Assembly: GCA_944389475.1 (NCBI GenBank)
Contig: CALXMM010000006.1
Span: 6,755-70,754 of the forward strand
Source of the DNA: an uncultured Clostridia bacterium
Lineage (GTDB): Bacteria > Bacillota > Clostridia > TANB77 > CAG-508
Length of the DNA stretch: 64,000 nucleotides
Direction: 5' to 3'
The notes beneath the pieces are model-generated. The model made no database searches and was not told the DNA's origin. It saw only the letters and a list, made by a program, of their open reading frames with translations. Positions 49,042 through 59,792 of the stretch are shown piece after piece (the first letter of the stretch is position 1; each line of letters starts with the position of its first letter). The position numbers were made by a program, and so were the translations under genes.

Positions 49042-49259
49042 TTCCTCCTTAGTTTACCCTTTTAATTCATCTCTTGTACTCCATATATTATCTATTATAG
49101 TTCTGTTTTTGTCAAATGATTTTACACATTTTTTATTAATATTTTTTCAAAAAAATTTTTTTGATTTTAATTCAATTTTATGTATTTTTTCTATTGAATT
49201 TATTTATGTTTTGATATAGTATATACTTAGTTATGCGTAAATACAAAGGAGGAAATTAA

Positions 49260-50432
49260 ATGCCAAAAAAAGCAAATGATAATGAATTAAATAAGACCGA
49301 AACATTAACGAAAAAAAGTTCTAATATCAAGGCAACTTCAAAAACAAAAAAATCCACGAAAGCAGAAGTTCCAACAACAAAAGCAAGTACAACAAAAAAA
49401 TCTACTGTAGCTAAAGTTTCAGCAACAAAAGCAAGTACTACAAAAAAAACCACTACAACTAAAGCTTCAGCAACAAAAACAGGTACAACAAAAAAAAATA
49501 CTACAACTAAAGCGTCAACTTCTAAAACAAGTACTACAAAAAAAGTAGCCACAGCTAAGGTACCTACAACAAAAGCAAGTACTACAAAAGTAGCTAAGAC
49601 TAAAACTTCTACTAGTAAAACAAGTGCTACTAAAAAAGAACCTAAAGTTTCTACCAAAAAAACTAGTACTTCTAAAAAAGCTGTATCATCAAAGGTTCCA
49701 AGTAAAAAAGTGGTAAAAGATTTAACAAAAGACTCTATTAAAAGTAATGAAAAAGATGAAACCATAAAACAAAAATCAACTATTAGTGGTGAAAAGTTTT
49801 CTATAGCAGAATATTATGATTTACCTTATAGATATAATCAAACTATAGTAAAACTACTTTATCAAACACCTACTACTCTATTTATTTATTGGGATATTTC
49901 TGATGAAGATAGAGAAAAACTTAAAGAAACTCATGGTGAAGATTTCTTCGAAAAAACAAAACCTGTTCTTTTAGTTTATAACGAAACTAAAGGTTATAGT
50001 TTTGAAGTGGAAATTAATGATTTTGCTAATTGTTGGTATTTAAATGTTAATGATAGTAAGTGTAAATATAAAATAGAATTGGGCAGAAAACCTTTTGAGG
50101 TTATGTATAATGGCGAAGTTACAGAAGTAAAAACTACTTCTAAAATTACTCAAAATTATATTCCTATTACTTCTTCTAATGAAGTAGAATCTCCAAATGA
50201 TCATATTCTTTTCGAAAAGAAACAAGAAATGATATATTTTAAAAATGTAAAGGATAATACTGTAACAGCCAAAAATGTTGCCAATCTTAGTTTTGTTAGA
50301 AGTATCGGTAAAGTATATAAAATTAATGATCTTTACAAGAAATTTTATAAAGATGAAAATTTAGACCAATTTGGTAAGGAACAAAATCCTTCATCAAGTA
50401 GTTTAAATTCTTCAGGATTTAAAGCATTTTAA
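49260..50432 (+). CDS. DUF4912 protein with a K/T/S/A-rich N-terminus
   Basis: LPYRYNQT..LLYQTP..LFIYWD, WY, ELG; directly upstream of the GH57 gene. Confidence 0.85.
   Translation: MPKKANDNELNKTETLTKKSSNIKATSKTKKSTKAEVPTTKASTTKKSTVAKVSATKASTTKKTTTTKASATKTGTTKKNTTTKASTSKTSTTKKVATAKVPTTKASTTKVAKTKTSTSKTSATKKEPKVSTKKTSTSKKAVSSKVPSKKVVKDLTKDSIKSNEKDETIKQKSTISGEKFSIAEYYDLPYRYNQTIVKLLYQTPTTLFIYWDISDEDREKLKETHGEDFFEKTKPVLLVYNETKGYSFEVEINDFANCWYLNVNDSKCKYKIELGRKPFEVMYNGEVTEVKTTSKITQNYIPITSSNEVESPNDHILFEKKQEMIYFKNVKDNTVTAKNVANLSFVRSIGKVYKINDLYKKFYKDENLDQFGKEQNPSSSSLNSSGFKAF
49320..49710 (+). repeat. Degenerate coding repeats (KASTTKK / KVSATK / AKVPTTK)
   Basis: Recurring ACAACAAAAGCAAGTAC-like units inside the ORF. 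Confidence 0.75.
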
Positions 50433-50444
50433 AGGAGTTATAAG

Positions 50445-52037
50445 ATGAGCAAAGACATAAAAGGATATGTAAGTTTTGTATTGCATGCACATTTACCATT
50501 TGTGCATCACCCAGAAAGTGATGATTATCTAGAGGAACAATGGTTGTTTGAAGCCATGTCCGAAACTTATATTCCTCTTCTTAGGAATTTCAAAAAATTA
50601 GTAGATGAAAAAGTTGACTTTAGAATTACAATGTCAATGACTCCTCCTCTACTTTGGATGTTGGACAATAAATTATTACAAGAAAAATATGTTCATTATC
50701 TAAATGAACATATTGAGCTTTGTGAAAAAGAAGTAAAAAGAACTGCATATGATGCCAGATTAAATGAACTTTCTAAATATTATTTAAAAAGATACTCAAA
50801 TGATTTATATTTATTTGAGAAAGTTTTTAAACGTGATTTAATATCTGTATTCAAACATTTTCAAGATCTTGGTGTTTTGGAAATTATAACTTGTGGAGCA
50901 ACACATGGTTTCTTCCCCATCTTATACGTAAATGAAAAGACAGTACGAGCACAAATTGCTGTAGGTGTACAAACCTATAAAAGATTTTTTGGAAGACAAC
51001 CTAGAGGAATATGGCTTCCTGAATGTGGTTATGTTCCAGAAGCTGATAAATACTTAAAAGAATTTGGTATTGAATATGCAATTTTAGAAACACATGGTAT
51101 ATTATATGCAGACCCTACTCCAATATATGGTACATTTGCACCAATTGTTTCTCCTGGTGGATTAGTTGCCTTTGGTCGTGATATGGAATCATCTAGACAA
51201 GTATGGAGTTCCATAAATGGATATCCCGGAGATTTCAATTATAGAGAATTTTATAGAGATATTGGTTATGAATCTGATTATGATTATATAAAACCTTACA
51301 TTGCACATGATGGCGTAAGAGTTAATACTGGTATTAAATATTATAGAATTACAGGAAAAACGGACCAAAAAGATTATTATAATTTGCAATGGGCAAAAGA
51401 TTCCATATATAAACAAACAGGTCACTTCTTCGACAGCAGAGTAAAACAAATAAATGATGTTGCACCTTATATGGACAACCCCCCAATTATTTTATGTCCT
51501 TATGATGCTGAATTATATGGACATTGGTGGTATGAAGGACCGGATTGGTTATACATTTTATTTAAGAAAATATATTATGATGATTGTAATTTTAAACTTA
51601 TAACACCTAGTGAATATATCGATAAATATCCAAATATACAAATATCTTCACCTTGTAGGTCTAGTTGGGGTGCTAATGGGTATAACGAAGTATGGCTTAA
51701 CCCATTAAATGATTATGTTCATAGACATCTTCATAAAACTGGGGACAGAATGGTAGAACTTGCACACCTATTCCCTAATGAAAAAGATGAACTAAAAAGA
51801 TTCGCACTAAACCAATGTGCAAGAGAATTATTATTGGCACAAAGCAGTGATTGGCTATTTATAATTACAAACCAAACAATGGTTGATTATGCCAAAAAAA
51901 GAATTAAAGACCATATCGGTAGATTTACCAAATTATATTATCAACTAAAAAATGATAATATAGATAAAACATATTTAGAAGAAATTTATAAAAAAGACAA
52001 AATTTTTGATGATATAGATTATATGATATATTATTAA
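50445..52037 (+). CDS. GH57 1,4-alpha-glucan branching enzyme
   Basis: HAHLPFV, ETYIP, THG, WLPECG, PYDAELYGHWWYEG, AQSSDW. Confidence 0.95.
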   Translation: MSKDIKGYVSFVLHAHLPFVHHPESDDYLEEQWLFEAMSETYIPLLRNFKKLVDEKVDFRITMSMTPPLLWMLDNKLLQEKYVHYLNEHIELCEKEVKRTAYDARLNELSKYYLKRYSNDLYLFEKVFKRDLISVFKHFQDLGVLEIITCGATHGFFPILYVNEKTVRAQIAVGVQTYKRFFGRQPRGIWLPECGYVPEADKYLKEFGIEYAILETHGILYADPTPIYGTFAPIVSPGGLVAFGRDMESSRQVWSSINGYPGDFNYREFYRDIGYESDYDYIKPYIAHDGVRVNTGIKYYRITGKTDQKDYYNLQWAKDSIYKQTGHFFDSRVKQINDVAPYMDNPPIILCPYDAELYGHWWYEGPDWLYILFKKIYYDDCNFKLITPSEYIDKYPNIQISSPCRSSWGANGYNEVWLNPLNDYVHRHLHKTGDRMVELAHLFPNEKDELKRFALNQCARELLLAQSSDWLFIITNQTMVDYAKKRIKDHIGRFTKLYYQLKNDNIDKTYLEEIYKKDKIFDDIDYMIYY

Positions 52038-52171
52038 ATAAATTTTTAAGAGTTCACTTTAATTAAAATAAAGTGAGCTCTTTTTATATACATCAAACAA
52101 GTTTCAAAATAAATCTTATTTCATATTATATGTATAATGATACTTTATTTAGTAGATAATATTACATATAT

Positions 52172-52996
52172 GTGAAGGGAGATATTTTCATGAAATCATT
52201 TTGTATAAAAACAAATAATAAACGTATAGTTAAATATCTACTAGATAATTTTACTTTTCCAAACACATATATAATTGCAAAGAAATTTAAAATATATCAA
52301 AATATAATTATTCATTTTACAGGCAAAAAAGATTCTAAAGAACAATCCGATTTTTATAACGCCCTTGCCAATACCTTGGTTTCGGTAATTATACATTTTT
52401 ATGAAAAGAAATTATTAAAATCAATTATTCAATCCAATTATTTTTATTTTTCAGAATCAGAACAAGATATTATATTGCAAAAATGTTTGGACTTTTTTAT
52501 AGATACATCTACTGTTGAATATCAGGTAAGAATTGAACATATTTATATTGCCGCATTAAAATATATAACCAACAACAAATCTATGATTTTAAGTGGATTC
52601 GTTAATTTTAGATTATATAATTATATGAAAATTTTAGATTATATTGTAGACAGCGCTGTAAATGAACTTGTAGTTGACAGAGAATATAAAGAATTTATAA
52701 GTTTGTTAAAATCATATGTTAACTCTAGACCATCAACTATTAATACAGTACACTTTATATATAAAAATACGGATTCAGTACTTTTAGACAGTAATTATAA
52801 AAAAATTCCATTTATAGATGATTTATCAAATTTAAACTATATTTCCGATGTCTCATTTTCTGAAAATGATATATCATTAAACACCCTTCTTACCCTTTTG
52901 CCACAAAAAATAATAATACATTTGTCAAAAGAATCCGATGATTTTATAAAAACACTAATATGTATATTTGAAAATAGAATAGAATTTGCAAAATGA
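52172..52996 (+). CDS. ytxC: Sporulation protein YtxC-like
   Basis: GFVNFRL..Y..VD.AV.E..V.REYKEFISLLK.YV, LLTLLPQKIIIH, IFENR; stop TGA supplied by the repeat. Confidence 0.8.
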   Translation: MKGDIFMKSFCIKTNNKRIVKYLLDNFTFPNTYIIAKKFKIYQNIIIHFTGKKDSKEQSDFYNALANTLVSVIIHFYEKKLLKSIIQSNYFYFSESEQDIILQKCLDFFIDTSTVEYQVRIEHIYIAALKYITNNKSMILSGFVNFRLYNYMKILDYIVDSAVNELVVDREYKEFISLLKSYVNSRPSTINTVHFIYKNTDSVLLDSNYKKIPFIDDLSNLNYISDVSFSENDISLNTLLTLLPQKIIIHLSKESDDFIKTLICIFENRIEFAK

Positions 52997-53069
52997 ACTT
53001 TAGGGACGGACCTTAAAGTTCATTTTTTATGTTAATTTGATGAACTTTTAGGTCCGTCCCCTTAGTTCA
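52994..53069. repeat. 76-bp REP/BIME-like element, copy 3 (supplies the stop codons of both convergent genes)
   Basis: TGAACTTTAGGGACGGACCTTAAAGTTCA + TTTTTTATGTTAATTTGA + TGAACTTTTAGGTCCGTCCCCTTAGTTCA. Confidence 0.9.
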
Positions 53070-54002
53070 CAAACTTAAATTTATTCCTCTTGCTACAACA
53101 TCTTTCATATTTTCTACTAACTTATCTATTTCTTTTGGTGTTACTACAAAATTATAATCTTTAGGTATTAGTGCTTCTTTTATTTCTAAATAATTATCTT
53201 CTTCTTTTAATTTGTTTAAATAAGCATTGGATTCTGCTTTTTCTTGCAATTTTTCTATAAAAACATCCAAGCAATCATTAACCACAACTGCAGTTTCTAC
53301 GACTGTTGGTATTCCTATAGCAATTACAGGGATTCCTAAAGTATTTTGGGTTAATTCCTTTCTAGCATTGTCTACTCCGGCTCCGGGAACAATTCCTGTA
53401 TCTGCTAGTTGTATTGTGCTACTAATTCTTTCCATACTGCGAGAAGCTAAACTATCTATAACTATTACTAATTTTGGTTCAATATTGTCTACAATTCCTT
53501 TTAAAATTTCAGCAGTTTCAATTCCTGTTGTTCCTAAAACTCCTGGTGAAATAGCACTTACTGGTCTTGTATTTTTATCTAAATATTGAGGTACATATTT
53601 TAATAGATGTCTTGTAATATCTATTTCATTAATTACCTTTGGTCCCAATGCATCAGGCGTTACATATACATTTCCCAATCCCACAACTAATATTTCTTCT
53701 TCTTTACTTACAAATTCATCAATCATTTTCTTTAATTCTTCACTTAAAACCTCACTAGCACTTTGAATATCATCTTCTCCCATATATTTCATATTTTTTA
53801 AATCTATTGTTACATAATTTCCTTTAACCTTTCCTATTGCTTTTTCTCCATTTTCATTTAAAATTTTTACTCTTGTTATTTTTATATTATTACTTATTTG
53901 TTCTTCTTCTGCCTCTATTCCATCTATTTCATTTTCTATATTATTCGCTTTTTTATATAAATCTCTTCTCTCACTAGCAAGATCTGTTCTAAACTCAAAC
54001 AT
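53067..54002 (-). CDS. gpr: Germination protease GPR
   Basis: RTDLASE, VVGLGN..TPDALGP, PGVLGTTGIET, IDSLA, VTPKEID. Confidence 0.97.
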   Translation of the reverse strand: MFEFRTDLASERRDLYKKANNIENEIDGIEAEEEQISNNIKITRVKILNENGEKAIGKVKGNYVTIDLKNMKYMGEDDIQSASEVLSEELKKMIDEFVSKEEEILVVGLGNVYVTPDALGPKVINEIDITRHLLKYVPQYLDKNTRPVSAISPGVLGTTGIETAEILKGIVDNIEPKLVIVIDSLASRSMERISSTIQLADTGIVPGAGVDNARKELTQNTLGIPVIAIGIPTVVETAVVVNDCLDVFIEKLQEKAESNAYLNKLKEEDNYLEIKEALIPKDYNFVVTPKEIDKLVENMKDVVARGINLSL

Positions 54003-54090
54003 AACTCAACCTTCTTTTCTTAAAATATATTTTCTTATATTTATATTTTAAGAAAAAAAGTACTTTTTTATACAAAAACATATAAATAAA

Positions 54091-54123
54091 CTGTGGTAGG
54101 AATCCATGATTTCATTACCACAG
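54091..54123 (-). terminator. Intrinsic terminator
   Basis: CTGTGGTA...TACCACAG stem. Confidence 0.6.
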
Positions 54124-54153
54124 CTTTAATTTAAATATTTATAAATATGCTTA

Positions 54154-54600
54154 TCATCTATTTACTTCATTATTGGCAGCTAGTTTTCCTCTTCTAAAAA
54201 ACTTTTTCAATTTTGACCAGATTTTATTAATTATATTTTCTGGTTTATATACCATTAATCCTGTATTTGAAGAATTTGATATTAAATTATTTTGTTCACT
54301 AACTACCATATAATCTTCATTTGCTTTTTCATTTTTCCAATATATATTTAAAATTTCTTCTCTTTCTTCTGGACTACACCAATAATCCAAATTCAAAACA
54401 GCCAATAATAATAATGTTTTTCTTTGTAGTTTTTGGTCTTCTATTGGTAGTTTAGGATTAATTTGAACTTTATAATTTTTATCCCTTTTTGTTTTAAAAA
54501 TATTTAAAACATCCTTTGGAACTTTATTTAAATATGATACTGGTATATATTTTAATACTTCATATACTTCTGAATATGCTTGTGCTAATTCGTTTTCCAT
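54154..54600 (-). CDS. Hypothetical protein
   Basis: 148-aa ORF with RBS AGGAG (AYSEVYEVL..LAVLNLDYWC); no recognised domain. Confidence 0.75.
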   Translation of the reverse strand: MENELAQAYSEVYEVLKYIPVSYLNKVPKDVLNIFKTKRDKNYKVQINPKLPIEDQKLQRKTLLLLAVLNLDYWCSPEEREEILNIYWKNEKANEDYMVVSEQNNLISNSSNTGLMVYKPENIINKIWSKLKKFFRRGKLAANNEVNR

Positions 54601-54609
54601 AATTATCTC

Positions 54610-56070
54610 CTACTTTTTAATAATATTTAATTCTTCTTTTATTGTTTGATAAGCTATTAATTCTTCGTTTCTTTCAATTTTAATACTATTTTTTAATGAA
54701 CTTCTTAATCTATTAAAAAATACCTCAGGTGTTATATTTACTTCTTCTGACATTTCTAATTTTATTTTTAAATATGATAAAGAATCTTTTAAATCTTCCT
54801 CTAAATTTTTGTCTTCTATTTCAATTTTATTTGAATATTCATTAATTGCTTGTATTAATTCTTTATTTTTTTCTATTTTAACATTTCTTTCTAAATCATT
54901 TATTAAATATTGTATTACTTCTTTAACTTGTTTTGCAATATTATTATTTAATTTTTTATATTTTAAAACAACTAATACATTTTCCAAAATATTAGCAGAA
55001 GACATTCTCTTTTCCATATTTGTTAAATTTTCTAATTCTTTTTCTGTCCATTCCACCAAATCATCTTTTATTTTATTAGTATCTTGCATAACATTAACTA
55101 TTTCATCCAATTTGTTTGAATCAATTTTATTTATTCTTTCATGATTAAAAGCTTTAAAAATTATATCTGATGATGAAAATTCTTTTTGCAAAATATTTTC
55201 ATTTGGTATTTTTTCTTGCAATATATATAATGGTAAAATTGTATTCTTATTATAATAAATACTTTCTCTATTTATGTCTTTTAATGCAAATTTATTTTTT
55301 TCGTAAAATTCATTTAAATTAAACTCTTCTACCTTTGGACTACCATTAAATATATTCCTTATGTATTTTTCCTTATCTCCTAACAAATATTCTAATAGCA
55401 TTTTTTTATCTATCTTTAATTGTTCTAGCACATACATTCTTGTTCTAATTATACTATTTTCTTCTAGGTATTTACTCTCTATACTATAATTTTTATCTAA
55501 ATGAAAACCTAGATTTTCGTATGGATGATTTTTTAAATAATTATTTACTACTAAATCCGCAAAGATATCAGCATTTCCTTCTTCCAATACTTTATTATTT
55601 TCATTTGAATCCCTATTAGAAAAACAATTTGCATATCCATATAATACATAACCTAATACTTTACTTTGACTATTTCTTCTTTTCTCTGAAATTATTATTG
55701 TTTTATCTTTTGAATTTACCTCGAATTCTTCATTTTCCGGTAACTTATCACAAATAACGTTTGTTCTATTAAAACTTATCTCTACTGTCTCTAGTTTATC
55801 CTCTGAAACACTTGAATAAACACTTTTTATAAATTCTTTTATCATCCTTTGTGCTAAATAAACTATTCTAAATAAATCCGGAGACACTTTATGTTCTAAA
55901 CTATTTATTATTTTATCCCTAGATTCCCTTTCTTTAAAGTTTTGTAAAAACTCTAATTTGGCATCATTATCCTTTTGAGCAGCTAGATATGAAACTTTAT
56001 TTTTTTCTCCATCTATTGCATTTATCTCTTTCTTTAATTCTTCTTTTTTTTCAATACTAGTATCTAACAT
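54610..56070 (-). CDS. Hypothetical protein with a possible degenerate zincin-like segment
   Basis: 486-aa ORF with RBS AGGAG; LEEGNADIFA follows a helix that lacks HExxH. Confidence 0.7.
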   Translation of the reverse strand: MLDTSIEKKEELKKEINAIDGEKNKVSYLAAQKDNDAKLEFLQNFKERESRDKIINSLEHKVSPDLFRIVYLAQRMIKEFIKSVYSSVSEDKLETVEISFNRTNVICDKLPENEEFEVNSKDKTIIISEKRRNSQSKVLGYVLYGYANCFSNRDSNENNKVLEEGNADIFADLVVNNYLKNHPYENLGFHLDKNYSIESKYLEENSIIRTRMYVLEQLKIDKKMLLEYLLGDKEKYIRNIFNGSPKVEEFNLNEFYEKNKFALKDINRESIYYNKNTILPLYILQEKIPNENILQKEFSSSDIIFKAFNHERINKIDSNKLDEIVNVMQDTNKIKDDLVEWTEKELENLTNMEKRMSSANILENVLVVLKYKKLNNNIAKQVKEVIQYLINDLERNVKIEKNKELIQAINEYSNKIEIEDKNLEEDLKDSLSYLKIKLEMSEEVNITPEVFFNRLRSSLKNSIKIERNEELIAYQTIKEELNIIKK

Positions 56071-56105
56071 AATAATCTTCTCCTATGTTTATTCTATTTT
56101 TAGGT

Positions 56106-57134
56106 TTATTTTGAGCAATTATTACACAAAATCGTTTCTAATCCTATATTTAAATCTATATTACCAATTTTATAATTGTAATCCAAATCTATTAATGCTT
56201 TTATAATATTCGAAATTTCTAATTCTGTAAAGCTTTTTGCTTGCTTTTTATATTTATTTACTAAAAACATTTGATTAGGTTTTAAATTTAAAGATTTTGC
56301 TATATCTAATTTATATTTTTCTGCTAATTTTGTAAAGTATAATCTTTTAAAATGATTATATAAAGTAATCAAGATTTTTTGGATGGGCTCTTTATTATAA
56401 AGTAATTTATTCAATTCTTCCAGTGCTAATTTTATTTGTTTTTTACCTAGATAATCGGTTAAATTAAATATTATCGCCTGTGTTTGTTTTGTACATAACA
56501 AATCAATATCTGCTTTTGTTATTGTACCTCCTTCTCCTTCATACTCTATTAATTTTCTAATTTCATTAATAAGTTCCTGCATATTTTGACCACACTGTTC
56601 AATTAAATATTGTAATGTGTTTTCTGCAACATTTACTTTATATGCATTAGCAATAGATTTTAATCTTCCTATAATTTGATTTGGTTTTTGAAATTCAAAT
56701 TCGCATACACAAGCATTTTTTTCTAGAACTTTAAACAATTTTTGCTTTTCTACATTTTCTTCTATAAAAACTAATATTACGCTTTCATCAATTTCTTCCA
56801 TATTATTCTCTATGTATTCTGCAACACTCTTTTTTGCCTTAGCAAGTTCTGGGTCCTTTCTTTTTCCTTCCTTTTTTAGAATTCCGGAATTTCTAACAAC
56901 TATTAGTTTTTTTGGATATCCAAATGCCGGAGTTTGTATATCTGCTATTAATTCCCCTATATTTGTTTCATCAATTGTAATATAATTAATTCCATTTATA
57001 CATTCCCCAAAATTCTTCTTTATTTTCTTTACAACTGATTCTAGCAAAAATTTTTCTTCACCATATAATAGATATATACTTTTCAGTTTCTGTTCTCTTA
57101 AATCTCGTTCTAGTTCTTCGATTAACACAATCAT
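56106..57134 (-). CDS. holA: DNA polymerase III delta subunit
   Basis: IYLLYGEEKFL, NEIRKL, IFNLTD, DYNYKIG; 342 aa. Confidence 0.9.
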   Translation of the reverse strand: MIVLIEELERDLREQKLKSIYLLYGEEKFLLESVVKKIKKNFGECINGINYITIDETNIGELIADIQTPAFGYPKKLIVVRNSGILKKEGKRKDPELAKAKKSVAEYIENNMEEIDESVILVFIEENVEKQKLFKVLEKNACVCEFEFQKPNQIIGRLKSIANAYKVNVAENTLQYLIEQCGQNMQELINEIRKLIEYEGEGGTITKADIDLLCTKQTQAIIFNLTDYLGKKQIKLALEELNKLLYNKEPIQKILITLYNHFKRLYFTKLAEKYKLDIAKSLNLKPNQMFLVNKYKKQAKSFTELEISNIIKALIDLDYNYKIGNIDLNIGLETILCNNCSK

Positions 57135-57190
57135 ACCTTCTTCATAATTTTAAATTTCATAACCCGATAAAAAAGCAATCTGCACATTCT

Positions 57191-57682
57191 TTATAATTTA
57201 AATTGTGATGAAAACTTAGATGAATGTGCATGGCAAATTGCCATTGCCATACTATCTGTTATATCATCTAGTTTTGGTAGTTTTTCTACATTTAAAATCA
57301 TCTTAACCATTCTTTGAACTTGTATTTTATCTGCTCTACCATAGCCGGTTACCGCTTGTTTTACTTGTAGAGGTGTATATTCAAAAATATCTAATTTATT
57401 TATTCTTGCAGTAATTAATATTACACCTCTTGCCTGTGCTACATTAATTGCTGTTTTAGCATTATTATTGAAAAATAACTCTTCTATTGCCATTGCATCT
57501 GGTTTATATGTTTTTATAATATTATCTAAATCCGTATAAATTTTTTCCAATCTTAATGGAAATGAAACTCCTGCCTCAGTTAAGATTGCTCCAGATGTCT
57601 CTAATTTAAATTTATTTCCTATGTAATCTATTATACTGTACCCAGTTATTGCAAAACCCGGGTCTATTCCTAATATTCTCAT
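57191..57682 (-). CDS. ruvC: Holliday junction resolvase
   Basis: ILGIDPG, AIEELFF, YTPLQVKQAVTGYGRADK, DDITDSMA. Confidence 0.97.
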   Translation of the reverse strand: MRILGIDPGFAITGYSIIDYIGNKFKLETSGAILTEAGVSFPLRLEKIYTDLDNIIKTYKPDAMAIEELFFNNNAKTAINVAQARGVILITARINKLDIFEYTPLQVKQAVTGYGRADKIQVQRMVKMILNVEKLPKLDDITDSMAMAICHAHSSKFSSQFKL

Positions 57683-59778
57683 TATTTTTCCTCTTCTTCT
57701 GTTGTTTTTGATTTTTGTACCTTGTTAGAACTCAAATTTTCTTTTTTAATTTTCTCTTCTTCTATTGTTGCATCTAATAATATTCTAAATATTTCTGCAA
57801 CACTCCATGCTTGTGAAAAAGCTCCCTTTGGTAAATATGGAGGTTTAGAATCATATAATTCAGAAATACTTTGTACACAACCTTCTTTATACATCATTGC
57901 TTTTGTAGTAGTCTTTAAATTCTTTATAAATTGGTCATATTGTTTTTGCAATTCTTGTTTTGTTTTTGCAGTTTTCGTATTTTCTATAACTGCTTTATAT
58001 GCATCACTATATATTCCAAATAACCATGGCCATGTAATTCCTTGATGGTAACTTATATCTCTCCTATATGAATCTCCCTCATATGTGGCAATATATTGTT
58101 TATCTTTTCTATTTAAAGTACGTAGTCCATGTTTTGTATATAGTTCATCAGTTACTGTTTTTAATATTTCTTTTGCATTTCTTCCCGATGGATTTAATAC
58201 AGGATATGTAAGTGATAAACTAAATAATTGGTTAGGTCTTATCCTGTCATCACCTAATACATCATATAAAGATTTTTTCTCTGGATTATAAAATTTCCTA
58301 TTAAAAGATTTTTGCACTTTTTCTGCTAATTCACTATATATCTCTGATGCTTTCTTTGTCTCAAATCTCTTAGATAATTCCTCCATTATTTTTAAAGCAT
58401 TATACCATAAACTATTTATTTCTACAGCTTTTCCATTTCTTGGAGTTACTGCAAAATCACCTATTTTTACATCCATCCATGTATTTTGTGTATTTATAGT
58501 TCCAGAATGAATTAATCCATCCCTCTCCATATAAATATTATTATCATCCACATCTATTCCTGTTATATATGCTTCTACAATCTTTTTTAAACAAATATAG
58601 AAATTATCTTTTATAAATTTATAATCATGTGTATAGTTTAAATATTTCTTTATTTCTTCAAAAAGAAGCAAAGATGCATCTGCACTATTATATAAAGGTC
58701 TGTTATCATATCCTGAATAACCATTTGGTACTAAACCATATTTAACATCTCTTATAAAAGTTAAAAGAACTTCTTTAGCTATGTCAAATCTTTTTGTTTT
58801 TAGTAATAAACCTTCGAAAGCAATTAAACTGTCCCTGCCCCAATCTAGGAACCATGGATATCCTGCAATTATAGTATGCAAGCCAAATGAAGGTCTATAT
58901 GCTATAAAGCTATCTGCTGTAATTATAAAATCCTCTATTAATTCCTTATCCTCTGTTTTCTCATCAATTAATTTAGTATCTTTAACAATTTTCTTTAATC
59001 TGTCCTCTTCCTGTTTTATTATATCTTCCGCTTTTATTTCATCAATATTCTCTTCTAGAGAAAACACAAATGTTATATCTTTTTTCTCATTTGGATTAAT
59101 ATTAATTTCATATCTTCCAGGAATTGCATGATTTTCTATTGGGTCAAATCCTCTTTTTTCCTCTTCCATATAAAACATATGGTAAAATATATCATTATGA
59201 TGTTCTATATATTGTCCTTCTGAACATTTCATGTAGAAAGGTGTTTGGCTTTCATTCTTTACAATCATTTTTACTTTTGTTCCAGATATTGTCTCTTTTA
59301 AATTAAAATCTGTATCTTTGTTGATTTGATGAAAGTCCCTATAATTTATTATTGGAGCCAATGTTAATTTTGTTTTATAATTTCCGTTTTTTACTCTATA
59401 TAGCAAAACTACTGTATTTCTTCCGTATTGCATACTAATAGTTTTTTGAATAGTAATATCATCTATTTTGTATGTATATGTTGGAACATATTTCTTTTCG
59501 AATGATTCTATTCTTTTACATCCATCAGAAATATAATTATCACATATATTAGTATATAAAGGATATTTAGAACCATTAAATTCTATGGATTCATCTACTT
59601 TTGACAATATTAAAAATCTTCTTGCGGGTGGAGTTAATGCTGCTACAAGTAATCCATGATATTTTCTTGTATTAGCTCCTACAACGGTGGAAGCTGCAAA
59701 ACCTCCTATTCCATTAGAAATCACCCATTCTCTTTGAACTAAATCTTTAAAATCTCCTTTATTTACCATTATTTTCAT
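57682..59778 (-). CDS. Glycogen debranching enzyme (amylo-alpha-1,6-glucosidase)
   Basis: EWVISNGIGGFA, RKYHGLL, AGYPWFLDWGRD, TWMD, YHQG..WPW, QAWSVAE. Confidence 0.95.
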   Translation of the reverse strand: MKIMVNKGDFKDLVQREWVISNGIGGFAASTVVGANTRKYHGLLVAALTPPARRFLILSKVDESIEFNGSKYPLYTNICDNYISDGCKRIESFEKKYVPTYTYKIDDITIQKTISMQYGRNTVVLLYRVKNGNYKTKLTLAPIINYRDFHQINKDTDFNLKETISGTKVKMIVKNESQTPFYMKCSEGQYIEHHNDIFYHMFYMEEEKRGFDPIENHAIPGRYEININPNEKKDITFVFSLEENIDEIKAEDIIKQEEDRLKKIVKDTKLIDEKTEDKELIEDFIITADSFIAYRPSFGLHTIIAGYPWFLDWGRDSLIAFEGLLLKTKRFDIAKEVLLTFIRDVKYGLVPNGYSGYDNRPLYNSADASLLLFEEIKKYLNYTHDYKFIKDNFYICLKKIVEAYITGIDVDDNNIYMERDGLIHSGTINTQNTWMDVKIGDFAVTPRNGKAVEINSLWYNALKIMEELSKRFETKKASEIYSELAEKVQKSFNRKFYNPEKKSLYDVLGDDRIRPNQLFSLSLTYPVLNPSGRNAKEILKTVTDELYTKHGLRTLNRKDKQYIATYEGDSYRRDISYHQGITWPWLFGIYSDAYKAVIENTKTAKTKQELQKQYDQFIKNLKTTTKAMMYKEGCVQSISELYDSKPPYLPKGAFSQAWSVAEIFRILLDATIEEEKIKKENLSSNKVQKSKTTEEEEK

Positions 59779-59792
59779 TTGTATGCCTCCAA

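Noticed and set aside
49256-49765. 169-aa hydrophobic minus-strand ORF
   Set aside because: Antisense shadow of the low-complexity K/T/S/A repeat in the DUF4912 gene.
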